This document shows positions 14,217-26,971 of a DNA stretch of 64,000 nucleotides, one piece after another; position 1 is the stretch's first letter, and the number at the start of each line of letters is the position of its first letter. A program made the translations under genes and the position numbers. Source of the DNA: Octopus sinensis. Taxonomy: Eukaryota. The notes beneath the pieces were generated by a model. It was not told the DNA's origin. It saw only the letters and a program-made list of their open reading frames with translations, and ran no database searches. The stretch lies in assembly GCF_006345805.1 (NCBI RefSeq), contig NC_042998.1, positions 49,042,001 through 49,106,000 on the forward strand, read 5' to 3'.

Positions 14217-14536
14217 AAGGCCCGTGGCTTAGTGGTTAGGGGAATTCGACTCGTGATCGTAAGGTTGTGAGTTCAATTCCCGGCGGCGCGTTGTGTCCTT
14301 GAGCAAGACACTTTGTTTCCCGTTACTTCAGTCCACTCAGCTGACAAAAATGAGTAGTACCTATATTTCAAAGGGTCAGTTCTTGTCACACTCTGTGTCA
14401 CGCTGAATCTCCCCGAGAACTACGTTAAGAGTACACGTGTTTGTGGAGTGCTCAGCCACTTGCACGTTAATTTCATGAGCAAGCTGTTCCGTTGATCGTA
14501 TCAGCTTGGACCCTCGTCGTCGCAACCGACGGGGTG

Positions 14537-14537
<1 letters not shown>
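14217..14537 (+). mobile_element. tRNA-derived SINE family C
   Basis: gtggcttagtggttaggg A-box, gagttcaattccc B-box, gtccttgagcaagacactt...ccactcagctg core. Confidence 0.8.
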
Positions 14538-14574
<37 letters not shown>

Positions 14575-15231
14575 ATATATATATATATAGGCATGACTAA
14601 TAGATTGAACACGTAAAACGAGTCAAAAAGACTTTGCACTGTCATTCGACTTTCAAGAAATGGCAACCAAATCTCTCTACCTCCTTCTTGATAAGAGGAG
14701 GTAACACTTTGAATAATGTAATCCTAGATACGCCATGACTGGGGAAAAGACATGTTTGTTATGAATGGAACGCCTTTGATTATAGTACTGCTTGATCAGC
14801 GTTGACTTAGGACTAAACAACAGCAACAAGTAAAATATTTGTTTATCTCTTCTAACCTGTTCAGGTCACATTGGCTCTTTGGTGATAAGTTTCTTTTATT
14901 TCTATCACCCCCAGTTAACTGGTTGGCATTACTTTAATCAAGAAACCTTCGTACAAGTGTGAGCGTGTCAGTGAATTTATGAACACGATATGTTTATTTG
15001 CATGCATTTATATATGTTTGCTTTCCTACGAAAATTTGTACGTATAGGAGTGCGTGCTTATATTCATTTTCCGATAAATAAAAGACACTCTTATCTAGAG
15101 ACTTGAAAAATGACTATACATACGGTCATAGTTCTGTCTCTCTATCTCTCAAATATTCTCGTCTTTTTTTTTTCTTTAACCTCTTAACACATTTTTTTTT
15201 TCAATGTCCATGCAGAATATATCATTTTTTA

Positions 15232-15641
15232 GGATCTTTTCGGTTTGAACGGCAGTTTTTTAAAAAATAATTTCACGTAACTAAAAACTTTTAAACTTCG
15301 CATACTAGTAGAATGTGTTTATAAAACATCTTTTTCTCTTAGCTTTATTGAGAAAATTCTATAGTTTGTAAGATATTTGTTGTTGTTTTTCTTCAATTTC
15401 TGCAATTTCAACCAATCAATGACGTCTATTGAGGTGAAAACATTCTGTGCCGTAAGAAACATATTGGGTTTATTTACATTTATGAAGAAAAAAATACCCT
15501 CCCCTCCCCCTACCCCTAACCCTAACTAACCCTAACCCTAAAACAGATTGAAATGCAATAGATCGATAGTAGGGTCATAATTATGGGTGACAATTTCATA
15601 TGACACCGCTAGAAAAACTGCCGTTCAAACCGAAAAGATCC
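15232..15641. mobile_element. MITE, Merlin-like (GG..CC ends), 9-bp TSD catttttta
   Basis: TIR ggatcttttcggtttgaacggcagttttt / aaaaactgccgttcaaaccgaaaagatcc; TSD at 15223-15231 and 15642-15650; internal (ccctaa)n. Confidence 0.85.
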
Positions 15642-16602
15642 CATTTTTTATTATTATTTATTTTCAATCTGTATGTAAGGAAGAATAAGTACACAAATTA
15701 TTTTGGATCAGTTATGATTTATTATGAAGTTACTGATAGAAATGATAGTTACTGATAGTTAATCATAACAGGAATAACGTCATGAACGAAGTATTTCGGG
15801 TTAGAAATAAGTGAGATATAATTCAGAGTACAGTGAACGTACATTTTCGTTCAAATATATATATATTTACTAGACATCCCTCAACGAAAATATACGGGAT
15901 TGTATGTTAAGATGTTAACCAATTTATTCTGCACCTCAGCGCCCTCTTTCACTCAATTGTATTTTACCAACACCCTCTTCCCCCCATATTTTGTGGAAGA
16001 AAATAAAAATCATTATTTTAATCGAACAGAAGCTAGTTTTATACAGTAGATTATCTCGATTTCCTTATGTTATTCCATCCATTATGTGCCATTTTTAGTA
16101 AGTTACGTAGGTTAATTTGTTGAATTTAACATGTTTAATGTTAAAGATTCCTGGATATTACTAACGAAGTTGAGGACTTATATAATGAAATCATACTAGC
16201 TTTTTACGCATCATCATTCATGTCTCTGCTCACTGATAGCACAACGTCCTACACATATTCTAATCCCAACAAAAATTTGCTTAGAAAATATATTTAAATA
16301 AGTATTGTACTTGGTTTAAATATCTTATTTCTAAGAAAAAGCATGACCTTCTAAATACCAAGAGCACTCATAGCGCTTCCTTAATATTTGTCTTCCTCTT
16401 GTAAGCTCATAATGCCCCTGGGTGGTCGTTAACTTCTGGGTCATTGGTTCTCAATCGGAATCCATATCGACCTTGGGGATCCATATAAGATTTTGTTGTT
16501 AAAGTTGATGTGCAATAAATTGCTGATACTTCTATAATACACATAATATTTTTTTTACACAATTCCTAATAATATTTAATTTATATACAGTAGGATATAT
16601 AT

Positions 16603-16681
<79 letters not shown>

Positions 16682-16683
<2 letters not shown>

Positions 16684-16895
16684 ACCCTTCTGTCCGAGTT
16701 AGACGCCATGATAGATCGTTAGCCACTACACACATTTTTTTTCTCTCCTTGTTTTTTCTGTGTCCCTTTCTGTAGAAGAGCGTAGGCTCGAAACATAAAA
16801 GACTTTTTCTATTCCTGAGCGTTATACTAATACATCTGTTTGTTTTGTACATCACCTGTCTTCGTCTTTTGTTTTTTTTTTTCGTAAACTCTCCC
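16682..16895 (+). mobile_element. Short hammerhead-bearing Penelope-like element (family E) in microsatellite
   Basis: Homologous to 18891-19100 (-), 30271-30427 and ~32400-32626; bounded by (TA)n/(TG)n. Confidence 0.65.
16766..16801 (+). ncRNA. Minimal hammerhead-like motif, CUGUAGA core, stem III mutated
   Basis: cttt-CTGTAGA-a-GAGC gtag GCTC-GAAA-CAT-A-aaag (G>A at 16795 relative to the 18981 copy). Confidence 0.45.
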
Positions 16896-17160
16896 TATAT
16901 ATATATATATATATATAACATGTAGTGAGGGATTATAAATCCGTGCAAAATACTTCATAAGCTTTCTGTTGGCACACCAGGCTAACAATGTTACTAAGAT
17001 TAGTGAAAAACTCCAAGTAATCTTTTGGTAGGATCCCAAGTTATGGTTCATCACAATTTTATATTGTAAATCCGTGGATGAACTTCAAATAAATTGGTTT
17101 TTACAGAGTGATATTTAAGAAACAAGTTTAAATAATGACCATTATTTTTAACTTGTTTCA

Positions 17161-17201
<41 letters not shown>

Positions 17202-17210
17202 ATATATATA

Positions 17211-17253
<43 letters not shown>

Positions 17254-18856
17254 CACAATGGCTATGGTGGTCCAGTAGAGTAAAATAGGAGCCAAAGGGA
17301 TCCATAGTTAAAGAATGATTGAGAAACACTGCTCTAGTTGTTGCTCTTTAGCCCAAGGTCAGCCTTGATCGAGTGGACATATGATGAAAGACATCCCAGT
17401 CGTTTTAAGTTGTTCCCATAGCATTTCTGCCATTAGAGCACTTTAATTCTTTTACTAATATTTTTCACCCCAAGTAAGGCAATTTACGTTCTGAGTTCAA
17501 ATTTCACCGAGATCGACTTTGCCTTTCATTCTTCGCGATCGATAAATTAAGTACCAGTCGAGCTCTAGGGTTGATGTAATTAACTTACCCCCCCCTCCTC
17601 AGGACCTTTGTAGTCCTTGTTCCCAAAATTTGAAACCAATATTTTTCACATCAAGTTTACTGAGCCAATCTGTTTTTTAACCCTTTTCTTTTACTTTCCA
17701 TTTTCCCTAACTCCATTCTTTTCTTCTCTAGACACAAGGACCGAAACTTTTGGGGAGGGAGCCAGTCGATTAGATCGACCCCAGTACGCACTGGTACTTA
17801 ATTTATCGAATCCGAAAGGATGAAAGGCAAAGTCGACCTCGGCGTAATTTGAACTCAGAATGTAAATTGCCTTACTCTAACTCCATTGTACTTTCAAGTG
17901 ATCCACCCATTCCTCTGATGGAACGAAACCATTCACTGCATTTTTTTTTTTTTTTGTTTCTCTAAACCTCTTTCTCTCTTCCTGACCAACAACAAAAAGT
18001 TGTTCTGAGAATGACTGTCTCATTCATTTCTCTCCCTTTCTCTCTCATTTTTCTTTTTCTCTGTCTCTCTCTCCCTCCCTGCCGTTCCTCTCTATCTTCC
18101 CCCTTTCTCTCTTATAAAGTTAAAACATTTCATAAGAGCCTCTTTGGAAGGTTTGCCATGTCCTTCCTGTCACTAACCACTTCACAGCATACAATGGGTC
18201 TTCTCACACGTGTCAAGGATTTCGTGTCTATTTTTGTCTGGTTTTCTAGTATGCTTATGTCGCACATCTGTTATACAGTACAGTCGCACTCATCATATGT
18301 CTTTGTCCCATGAGCAAGGAACATGAGACTACATTACTTAACGTATTCTTTGCTAAGACGGTGAAACAATATGATTTGAAAGAATTTTGTTGCTATTTCT
18401 AGCAGGTCAAGCGATCACATACAGGTTTCATCGTTGGCTCGAAATCAAGTTTAAGTCGTTTGTAAAGCAACATGTTTTGTTGATAAGATCGTTTTAAAAT
18501 ATTATCCTTTTGTAGGTCACATAACTAATAATTGTCTTCGTTGGCAAGCAGGACTTTACACAAATAGAAAACAGTGCAGCAAATACAAAACAGCAATACG
18601 CAATTCAGTATTGTGGCTTAAATCTAATACAGCAAATAAAAGTTAATGATAGAGAATTTTAAAAAAAAAGTAAAGGTGTTTAGAGGAAGGGAAAGCAGAC
18701 ACAGCTTGGGAAATTAACCTATTTTAATACAGAGCATTTCAATTTATTAAATTAACTGATAGAAAATGTTTCGTATACATGCACACACACACACACGTGT
18801 GTGTATGTACACGAAACACTTTTTTTATACTCTCTCGTTCATTTTACATACGGAAA

Positions 18857-18890
<34 letters not shown>

Positions 18891-18894
<4 letters not shown>

Positions 18895-19098
18895 AAAGTT
18901 TACGAAAAAACAAAAGACGAAGACAGGTGGTGTACAAAACAAGTAGATGTATTAGTGTAACGCTCAGGAATAGAAAAAGTCTTTTACGTTTCGAGCCTAC
19001 GCTCTTCTACAGAAAGGTATAGAGAAAAAACAAAGAGAAAAAAATGTGTGTAGTGGCTAACGATCTATCATGGCGACTAGTGCCGGACAGAGGGATCA

Positions 19099-19100
<2 letters not shown>
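18891..19100 (-). mobile_element. Family E element, inverted relative to the 16682 copy
   Basis: Near reverse complement of 16682-16895, flanked by (TA)n. Confidence 0.65.
18981..19016 (-). ncRNA. Minimal hammerhead-like motif, CUGUAGA core
   Basis: Minus strand reads cttt-CTGTAGA-a-GAGC gtag GCTC-GAAA-CGT-A-aaag. Confidence 0.55.
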
Positions 19101-19137
<37 letters not shown>

Positions 19138-19314
19138 AAGCAAACTTGCTACTTAAAATCTGAGGCGAAAGTAGTACATGTACCGAGAAGCAATGTTTAG
19201 CACCACCTGAATACCTGAATACCCGGGGTTAAAATGTAGTATCATCTGTTCTTGTTGAACATCCGTATTTAGGTGGCGATAAATAAATAAATACATATAT
19301 ATATATATATGAGA

Positions 19315-19530
19315 GATTTCAATATGTGACCGCGTGTGTATCGCTGGTGATTTTCTTTCTCCGTCTTCCCTTCCTTGGACTTTTCCTTTTTTCTATATTT
19401 CTGACGAAGAGCTCCTCTCGAAACGTTAAATCCTCCTCCTTTCTTTCCTTTCCTGAGCGTCCAATAACACTATACTTGTTCTACGTCCTCGCGTTGTTGT
19501 GTTTTCTCTTTGTTCGTGTTTGGATTAACT
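19315..19530 (+). mobile_element. Related hammerhead-bearing element (family E-like)
   Basis: Shares the hammerhead and the downstream ttcctgagcg...taa(t/c)ac motif with family E. Confidence 0.55.
19397..19431 (+). ncRNA. Minimal type I hammerhead ribozyme motif (canonical CUGACGA core)
   Basis: attt-CTGACGA-a-GAG ctcct CTC-GAAA-CGT-T-aaat; palindromic ACGT stem III as in minimal, dimer-type Penelope hammerheads. Confidence 0.65.
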
Positions 19531-20363
19531 ATATGAGAGAGAGGTGGTTAGGGTAAATCCCAGCTGTTTTCTCTTGAAGTACATCTGCTTATTCCATTAT
19601 TACAATCCAATATGTGGTCTCCGTTGCTGCTGTATTTTAACCAAAATACATATTAAATGTCACGGAGATATACTTGCATAGCGAATGGTATTATATTTAT
19701 TCTGTCAGAAGAATTTCTAATAGGAAATTACTTAGATGTCTACATAACATGGAAAACTTTGTAATTCCTGTTAGCAAAGGGAACACGTGTAATGGAGAAG
19801 AAATAACACCAAAACATTTCCACTTTCCTGTTTTGTAATATATATTTTCTTTATTGCGCTAACGCAATTAGTGGAAAGTGATTTAAATTATAAGCGAAGC
19901 TTTTCCATATTTGAGAGTTCGAGACCTTATTACGATCCCATTTGTAGCTATTTTCATGTCAGTTTTATAGCTAATGTTCTCGAGAATAACATGCCCTAAT
20001 TACCGGTTCCCGTTTCCCCATCCGCCTCTTTCGAAGGAAATGATTATCTGTGATACATATTGCTCTCTCAAGTTATAAGTTATTGTTTCAAATTTTGGTA
20101 CATGGTCGGCCATTTTAGTGGGAGGCGGTTAATTGATACCATCGATTTCAATACTAAAGTAGTTCTTTATTTTATCAACCACGAAAGAATGAGAGAGAAA
20201 GTCGACCTCGCCGAAATTTGAATTCAGAATATAATGAATCAAAAGAACTACCGCGCATAATTTTTGCCCAATGTTGAAGTAATTCTGCCGGCATTAAATG
20301 TCTGTTTGATGACTATTTTTGATCAATGGGATTCATCAAAGAGCAAATGACTTTATTGGTTTC

Positions 20364-20581
20364 TATTTCTTTACTACCCACAAGGGGCTAAAAAACAAGG
20401 ACAAACAGATTAAGTCGATTATATCGACCCCAGTGCGTAACTGGTACTTATCTAATCGACCCCCGAAAGGTTGAAAGGCAAAGTCGACCTCGACGGATTT
20501 TGAACTCAGAACGTAACGGCAGACGAAATACGGCTACGCATTTCGCCCGACGTGCTAATGTTTCTGCCAGCTCGCCGCCTT
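20364..20581 (-). mobile_element. Family A SINE with ~16-bp TSD atgacttt(t)attggttt
   Basis: Full monomer flanked by direct repeats. Confidence 0.85.
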
Positions 20582-20673
20582 ATGACTTTATTGGTTTCGT
20601 CATAAAGATGAGAAATAGCTATAAGTAATTTATTTATTCGTTTATTTGTTATATTGTATTTTGTAATTAATTA

Positions 20674-20848
20674 CCGTATTTACACGTGTGTAAGTTGCAA
20701 CCTTAATTTCGTGTTAAATCTTGATATAAATTTGTTTCCCTTAATAATTTTATCTTTGCCCCGTGTATAAGTGGTACCCCAGTTTTTTCTTTTTTTTTTT
20801 TCTTTCAGTAAATATAAAACAGTGTGTCTTATACACGAGTAAATACAA
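20674..20848. mobile_element. Small pogo-like MITE
   Basis: ta|ccgtatttacacgtgtgtaag ... cttatacacgagtaaatacaa|ta, imperfect TIRs. Confidence 0.5.
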
Positions 20849-21194
20849 TACGTCGTTGGTCATAGGATTTCTTTTGGGACCAGTCATTGATCTACTGCAT
20901 TTATGGTGGCGATAATAACGAGTGACTGTACGTGAAACTCGGGCGGAAAAAACATGACAAGGGATATTCGATTGAAAGTGCTGATTTACCGATATTTTTC
21001 ACCTATTGTTTGCAGCTTCTTGCATTCTGATCACTGTCAGATGTAAAGCTTATTTATTCACGTTGTTTTGATTTAATCATGCATTATCTTGTAGCTTTGA
21101 GATTTCAGTTATGTAATTTATCTTTTATTCTTGGCACTACCTTGAGGAAATTTTAGTTGAATGTCTCGTCCCTAGTATTTACATTTTTAAAAGC

Positions 21195-21318
21195 CTGGTA
21201 CTTATTCTATCGTTCTGTTTTACCGAACCGTTAAGTTACAGGGGAGTAAACACACCAACACCGGTTGTCAAGCGGTGTGGGGGGACAAACACAGATAGAA
21301 AGACATGCGCGCGCACAC

Positions 21319-21367
<49 letters not shown>

Positions 21368-21850
21368 CACCGTGACTGACCAGGCTATCAGATGTTGCTA
21401 CACATCGCTGGTCACAATGCACTTCGCATTGTTATAGCCTTCAAATGACGCCACCCCGTTGGCTAAGCGAGTAGGCCAACAAAAGAAAGAGTGAGAGAAA
21501 GTTGTGGCGGAAGAGTACAGCAGGTATCGCCACCACCCCCTGTCGGAGCCTCGTGGAGCTTTAGGTGTTTTCGCTCAATAAACACTCACAACGCCTGGTC
21601 TTGGAATCGAAACCGCGATCCTACGACCGCGAGTCCGCTGCCCTAGCCACCGGGCCATTACACTTCCACACATACACACACACACACACACATGACGGGC
21701 TTCTTTCAGTTTCCGCATATCAAATCCACTCACAAGGCTTTGGTCAGCTCGAGGCGATAGCAGACGACACTTGCGCAAGGTGTCACGCAGTGGGACTGAA
21801 CCCCGAACTATGTGGTTGGGAAGCAAACTTTTTACCACACAACTACGCCT
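21195..21850 (-). mobile_element. Family B SINE with a different tRNA-SINE (~21366-21662, -) nested in its microsatellite
   Basis: Nested head on minus strand: tggcccggtggctagggcagcggactc...ggtttcgattcc. Confidence 0.75.
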
Positions 21851-22479
21851 GATTGTGTATTTAGAATGATTTTGTAGGGTACATGTGACGGATCGAATCT
21901 GGCCGGCTTGACCATCAAACAGAATATAAGGGCCAAATATGGCTTATTTAAATCTCAAAGAGTTAAGCAAGCAAGAAACTAGACTACAATAGTTGCAATA
22001 ATCTTTTCTACTCTAGGCACAATTTTCCCCTCTTTTTTTCATATTCTGTTTTTACTTTTATTTTGTCAGTTGAAAAATGTGTGAAACTTGTAGGCGATTT
22101 TAAGAAGTATTGTCCTTATTTCTATAAAGAATTTATTACAGAGGATGAAAGGTTTCTCTGCTGGTATCTAAACGACTTTCGATTTTCAGAATAAATTTTT
22201 TCCGCACCCCCTTACCATATCTTCTTATAATAACTCTCTGTTCTTTCTTCACTAATATTTTCTCAGTATATTTCTTCGTTTTTTTTTGTTTTTGTTTTTT
22301 TTTATATCTAAATAATTCACCATCTGTCTCTTTTAACCTTTTCCTTGTCGGGTTTATATGGGGAGGGGAAACGCATGTACCATAGAGATTAAAGACGAAG
22401 TAAAAGAAGTCATCAGTAAAATACATTTGTTAGAATTCATTAAAATTCTTTTATTCATTTTTTTTTTTTTTTTTTTTTA

Positions 22480-22770
22480 CTTATTTCGGTCATTAGACTG
22501 CCGCCATGCTGGGACACCGCCTTAAAGAATTTTAGTCGAACGAATTGACTTCAGTACATATTCTATCGGTTTCTTTTGCCTAACCGCTAAGTTACGGGGA
22601 CGTAAACAGGTTTTTACGACAGGATCCTTTCACTTTCCGTCTACTAGATCCACTCACAGTTTGGGTCATCGAGGAGGCTAGTAGAAGATACTTGCCCAAA
22701 ATGCCACGCAGTGGGACTGAACCCGGGCCATGCAGCTGAAAACCAAACTTCTAACCACACAACCACACCT
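22480..22770 (-). mobile_element. Family B SINE, internally deleted
   Basis: Consensus match. Confidence 0.7.
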
Positions 22771-24687
22771 GGTGAATAGAAATAGATTTATGAAGTAAAT
22801 TTTTTATATATATAGGTGTGCACAATCATATTTATATTTCATTCGGCGCTGCTTTGTGCGGATCTAGTTAATTAATCTCTAAATTCTATAAAAAAAAAAA
22901 CTTATCTCGCAAAACCCCAGGATTTCTTTCACGGGGTCCATTTTGAGAAATATTAGCATACAGAGTAGAATTTTCATTTCGAGAAATTTAATAGAATTAT
23001 TATTATTATTCCCATATCTCAGAGTTACAGACATTCATAGATTATGGCGAACAAAGGGATTTTACTTTGTGCTTTTTCAATGAATACTTGGCTGTGATCA
23101 TTGTCAGCATGATGACATTAATTTGATGTTGAAGCAGCATCGATTATGTTACTAGTTTTGTGAGCGGGTTTGCCAACTGCCTGGCGCCTGAAGAATCTGG
23201 CATGTCAATGTGTTGATGTCATTACAAATATTGAAATTAATGTGGCTATAAAAAAAAAACTACGCTAATAGTGTTTTCTCCTCACTGCAGATTAAATTTT
23301 GACTAATTAAAATGTTTTGGCTCATTACAGTATCTTAAGACCCATACATCATTTTTATTTTGTTCATTTTTTTATTTTTTCTCTGGTGTCCTTTTGTAAA
23401 TCCCCTTTGCCACCGCTCATTTAGTCCTTATTACAATGGTCATCAACAGTTATATTACTATGGCTGGTTTGTTAACAAAATCTAATTATATTTGTGGCGA
23501 GCGCTATGCGATAAAGGAGAAAACTTTGAGAGAGATGAGTACTTGACACCGAGAATCCTGTTCAGTAGACCATAAGTTTGGGTTTCTAATCAGGCCTGAA
23601 CTCCTTCCACAACCAAATGTCCAGTCGTAGATATTTCAAACGTCTCTTACATTGAAAATGTACTTAATTTCCCATTAATGAGCGACTTCTATTTGGTCAC
23701 CCGATATGCTATAGGTAGCTGCTAAGTTTCTTCTCTGAAACATGCCCCACTTCTATCTTCAATATAGGAAGGGTACATTAGATCAGTGTTTCTCGTAGAT
23801 AGATGGAGGGCTATGGGGACTAAAAAAAGGAGTGGACAGATATTCATGTTTTAATGCAAAAAAAAAAAATGGTTTCCAATTTTTTTAATTTATCAAACAT
23901 TATGGAAAAGAAACGAAAATTTTATGGATGCAAACCCTTATTTATCGTCTCATTAATAAAGAAAGTAGTATGGAAACCGCGAGCGCGAGCCCGGATGGGG
24001 CCAACTGCGAGTGCACATCTCGGTAGTAGTGGCAAGTATCCGAACGAGACCTTCGAAGACCAACATGGAGAAAGGTTCGAAGAATTTCATTAGTATTTTG
24101 CGGGTAGGGGGCTTGCATTAGATAACATAGTCTTAGATAGCTCTTTGAAGGCACATGATGTAGTGGTGTGGGTATTGGGCTCACAATCGTTAAGTGGTGA
24201 GCTCGATTCTTGACCCAGCCAATACATTGTATCTCTGAGCAAGGCATTTCATTTCGCATTGCTTCAGTTCACACAACAAATATTGAGCACCAGCAACAAC
24301 TGGGATGGGGAAAGTTCAACCTAAAGGAATGGTGCCTAGTTCAGATGTAGAGTCGTGTACTCTCAGTCGTTTAAACGCCATGGAAACTGGGGTAAACTCC
24401 GGCCAATACACTCGAGTCCACCTTTAAACAACAACTCTTAAAGTACTTTTGATCATATGCTTGCTTGAGATCAAAGCTGACTCGGGGTTAAAAAAGAGCA
24501 TGAACTTATTTAAGAGGGAAAAACTTCTAATTACTCCTTACTGATCATCTGTGAATTCCAAGGAATTCTGGAGTTCCACGAGATAAGCTGTCTTTTAATA
24601 AAAAAAATAATTAAAATCCCTTTTTTATAAAATAAATGAATTCCCCATTTACAGAAAAACGGCTCATATTTAATGAATGAACTAAAT

Positions 24688-25030
24688 ACGGTGAGCTGGC
24701 AGAATCGTTAGCACGCTGGGCGAAATGAGTAGCCGTATTTCGTCTGCTGTTACGTTCTGAGTTCAAATAACGCCGAGGTCGACTTTGCCTTTCATCCTTT
24801 CGGGGTCGATATAATCGACTTAATCCATTTGTCTGTCCTTGTTTGTCATCTCTGCGTTTAGCCCCTTGTGGGTAGTAAAGAAATAGAAATGCTTATCGGC
24901 GTTTTGTCTGTCTACGTTCTGAGTTCAAATTCCACCGAGGACGACATTGCATTTCATCCTTTCAGGGACGATGTAATCGACTTAGCCCCTTCCCCGAAAT
25001 TACTGGCCTTGTGCTAAAACGTGAAACCAC
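24688..25030 (+). mobile_element. Family A SINE dimer
   Basis: Consensus match. Confidence 0.75.
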
Positions 25031-25960
25031 TTAATGAATGAACTCTGTTTCACTCTTGCTGGTTACTGTCATTGGATTAACCGTGCTGAAGCAACGGGCA
25101 CCACCTTGAAGGGTTTAGTTCAAACAAATCCACTTAAGCACTTATTCTAGCGTTCTCTTTTACCGAACCGATAAGTTAAGGGGGACATAAACAAACCAAT
25201 GATGGTTGATAGGTGGTGTGGGAACAAGCACACATATATACGACTTGCTCCTACACAGTTTTCGTTGCTAAATTCTGTTTCAAAAAAACATTGGTCGACT
25301 CAGGGCTTTAATAGAAGTCACTTGCCCAAGTTCCGCGTAACGGGACTGAACCCGAAACCATGTGGTTGCGAAGCATCTTCCTAACCACACAACCACGCTT
25401 ACGCCTTGAAACAATTTTTGTTTCGCTTAATATATCCATATTAAAATTGGAGTGGTGGGTGATGTCTGTAAAATATAGGCGTGGATTCTTGTGTTTCTTG
25501 TTGTTGGTGGTTTGTACTTTTTTCAGAAACTGTATCATGGTTTCCTCACCAAAATAAGTTTTGGAACCGCTGGTTTGTGCCTAATCCTGTCCATAATATA
25601 ATTACAGCAACAGTTAATGACACCGATACTTGAGTCGTTGTTTTGTTGATGTATAATAATTGCCTTGACCTACATCTCATTAAAGGCCACATTCGGTGCA
25701 GTTTTATTTGATTTGTTTTGTTTTTCTTTTCTTTCTTTCTTACTAGAATATTGGTCGCTGACTTACATTTCTCTTCTCTCACATTGCCAGTGATGTTAGT
25801 GTTGTAGGTGTAGTTTTGGAGGCGGTGGAAGGGGGGGGGGAAGATTCTGCTTTTAAAGAATTTCACCGACAAATACTCCATACCAATGTTTCAGTTTTAC
25901 AAACAGCATAATATAAACCCAAATACCTAAATAATCTTTTTCAAGTTGGATCTATTTCTG

Positions 25961-26016
<56 letters not shown>

Positions 26017-26058
26017 TATATTGTGTGTGTGGTGTGTTTGTGTATATATATGTGTGTG

Positions 26059-26089
<31 letters not shown>

Positions 26090-26453
26090 ATATATGTGTG
26101 TGTGTGTGTGTATATATGTGTGTGTGTGTGTGTGTGTTATATGTGTGTGTGTGTGTATATATGTGTGTGTGTATATATAATATATATATATATATATATG
26201 TGTGTGTGTATATATATATGTGTGTTGTGTGTATATATATGTGTTGTGTGTGTGTGTATATATAATATGTGTGTGTGTGTGTGTATATATATATGTGTGT
26301 GTGTGTATATATATATGTGTGTGTGGTGTGTATATATATATATGTGGTGTGTGTGTATATATATATATGTGTGTGTGTGTGTGTATATATATATATGTGT
26401 GTGTGTGTGTGTATTATATATATATGTGTGTGTGTGTGTGTATATTATATATA

Positions 26454-26485
<32 letters not shown>

Positions 26486-26928
26486 GGTAACAGTAAAATA
26501 ATTACAGACATTGACAAGAACATGAAAACACCACAGAGACGACACAAGAACCACAGGACGGGACATTCGAAGCCCTCAGTCATCAGTCAAGAACCAGATC
26601 ATCTTAGCAATTTCGGCTGATTAATCTTAGTTGCTCCGATATGGCCAGCCCGCCAAGGGAAATCTAAGCCAAGCGCATTAGATCCCCTGGAAGAAAGCTT
26701 CGAATGTATACAACACGAGGACGGAAAACGAACGAAGTACACGAACAAAAATACAGAATACAAAAACGTAAAAACAATAACGGTAAAAATAAAAAATAAA
26801 CAACAAAACAAAACCAGGACGTAGGACAAGGGTATGTGTGTGTGTGTGTATATATATATATATTTGTGTGTGTGTATATATATATGTGTGTGTGTATATA
26901 TATATATGTGTGTGTATATATATATATA

Positions 26929-26971
<43 letters not shown>

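Larger units (their letters stand above)
16443..17331. mobile_element. Degenerate hAT(Charlie)-like element carrying nested microsatellites and a family E copy
   Basis: Ends cattggttctcaat / attgagaaacactg; 5' part similar to 13265-13330. Confidence 0.45.

Noticed and set aside
14217-14295. tRNA genes at SINE heads (also 50326, 55502, 58298)
   Set aside because: A/B boxes present, but they continue into shared SINE bodies and lack a complete cloverleaf.
15497-15541. Telomere or chromosome-fusion scar (CCCTAA repeats)
   Set aside because: Only a few units, internal to a TIR-bounded MITE and echoed in its second copy.
26555-26590. CTGATGA...GAAT on the minus strand as a hammerhead
   Set aside because: GAAA incomplete and stems I-III do not form convincingly.
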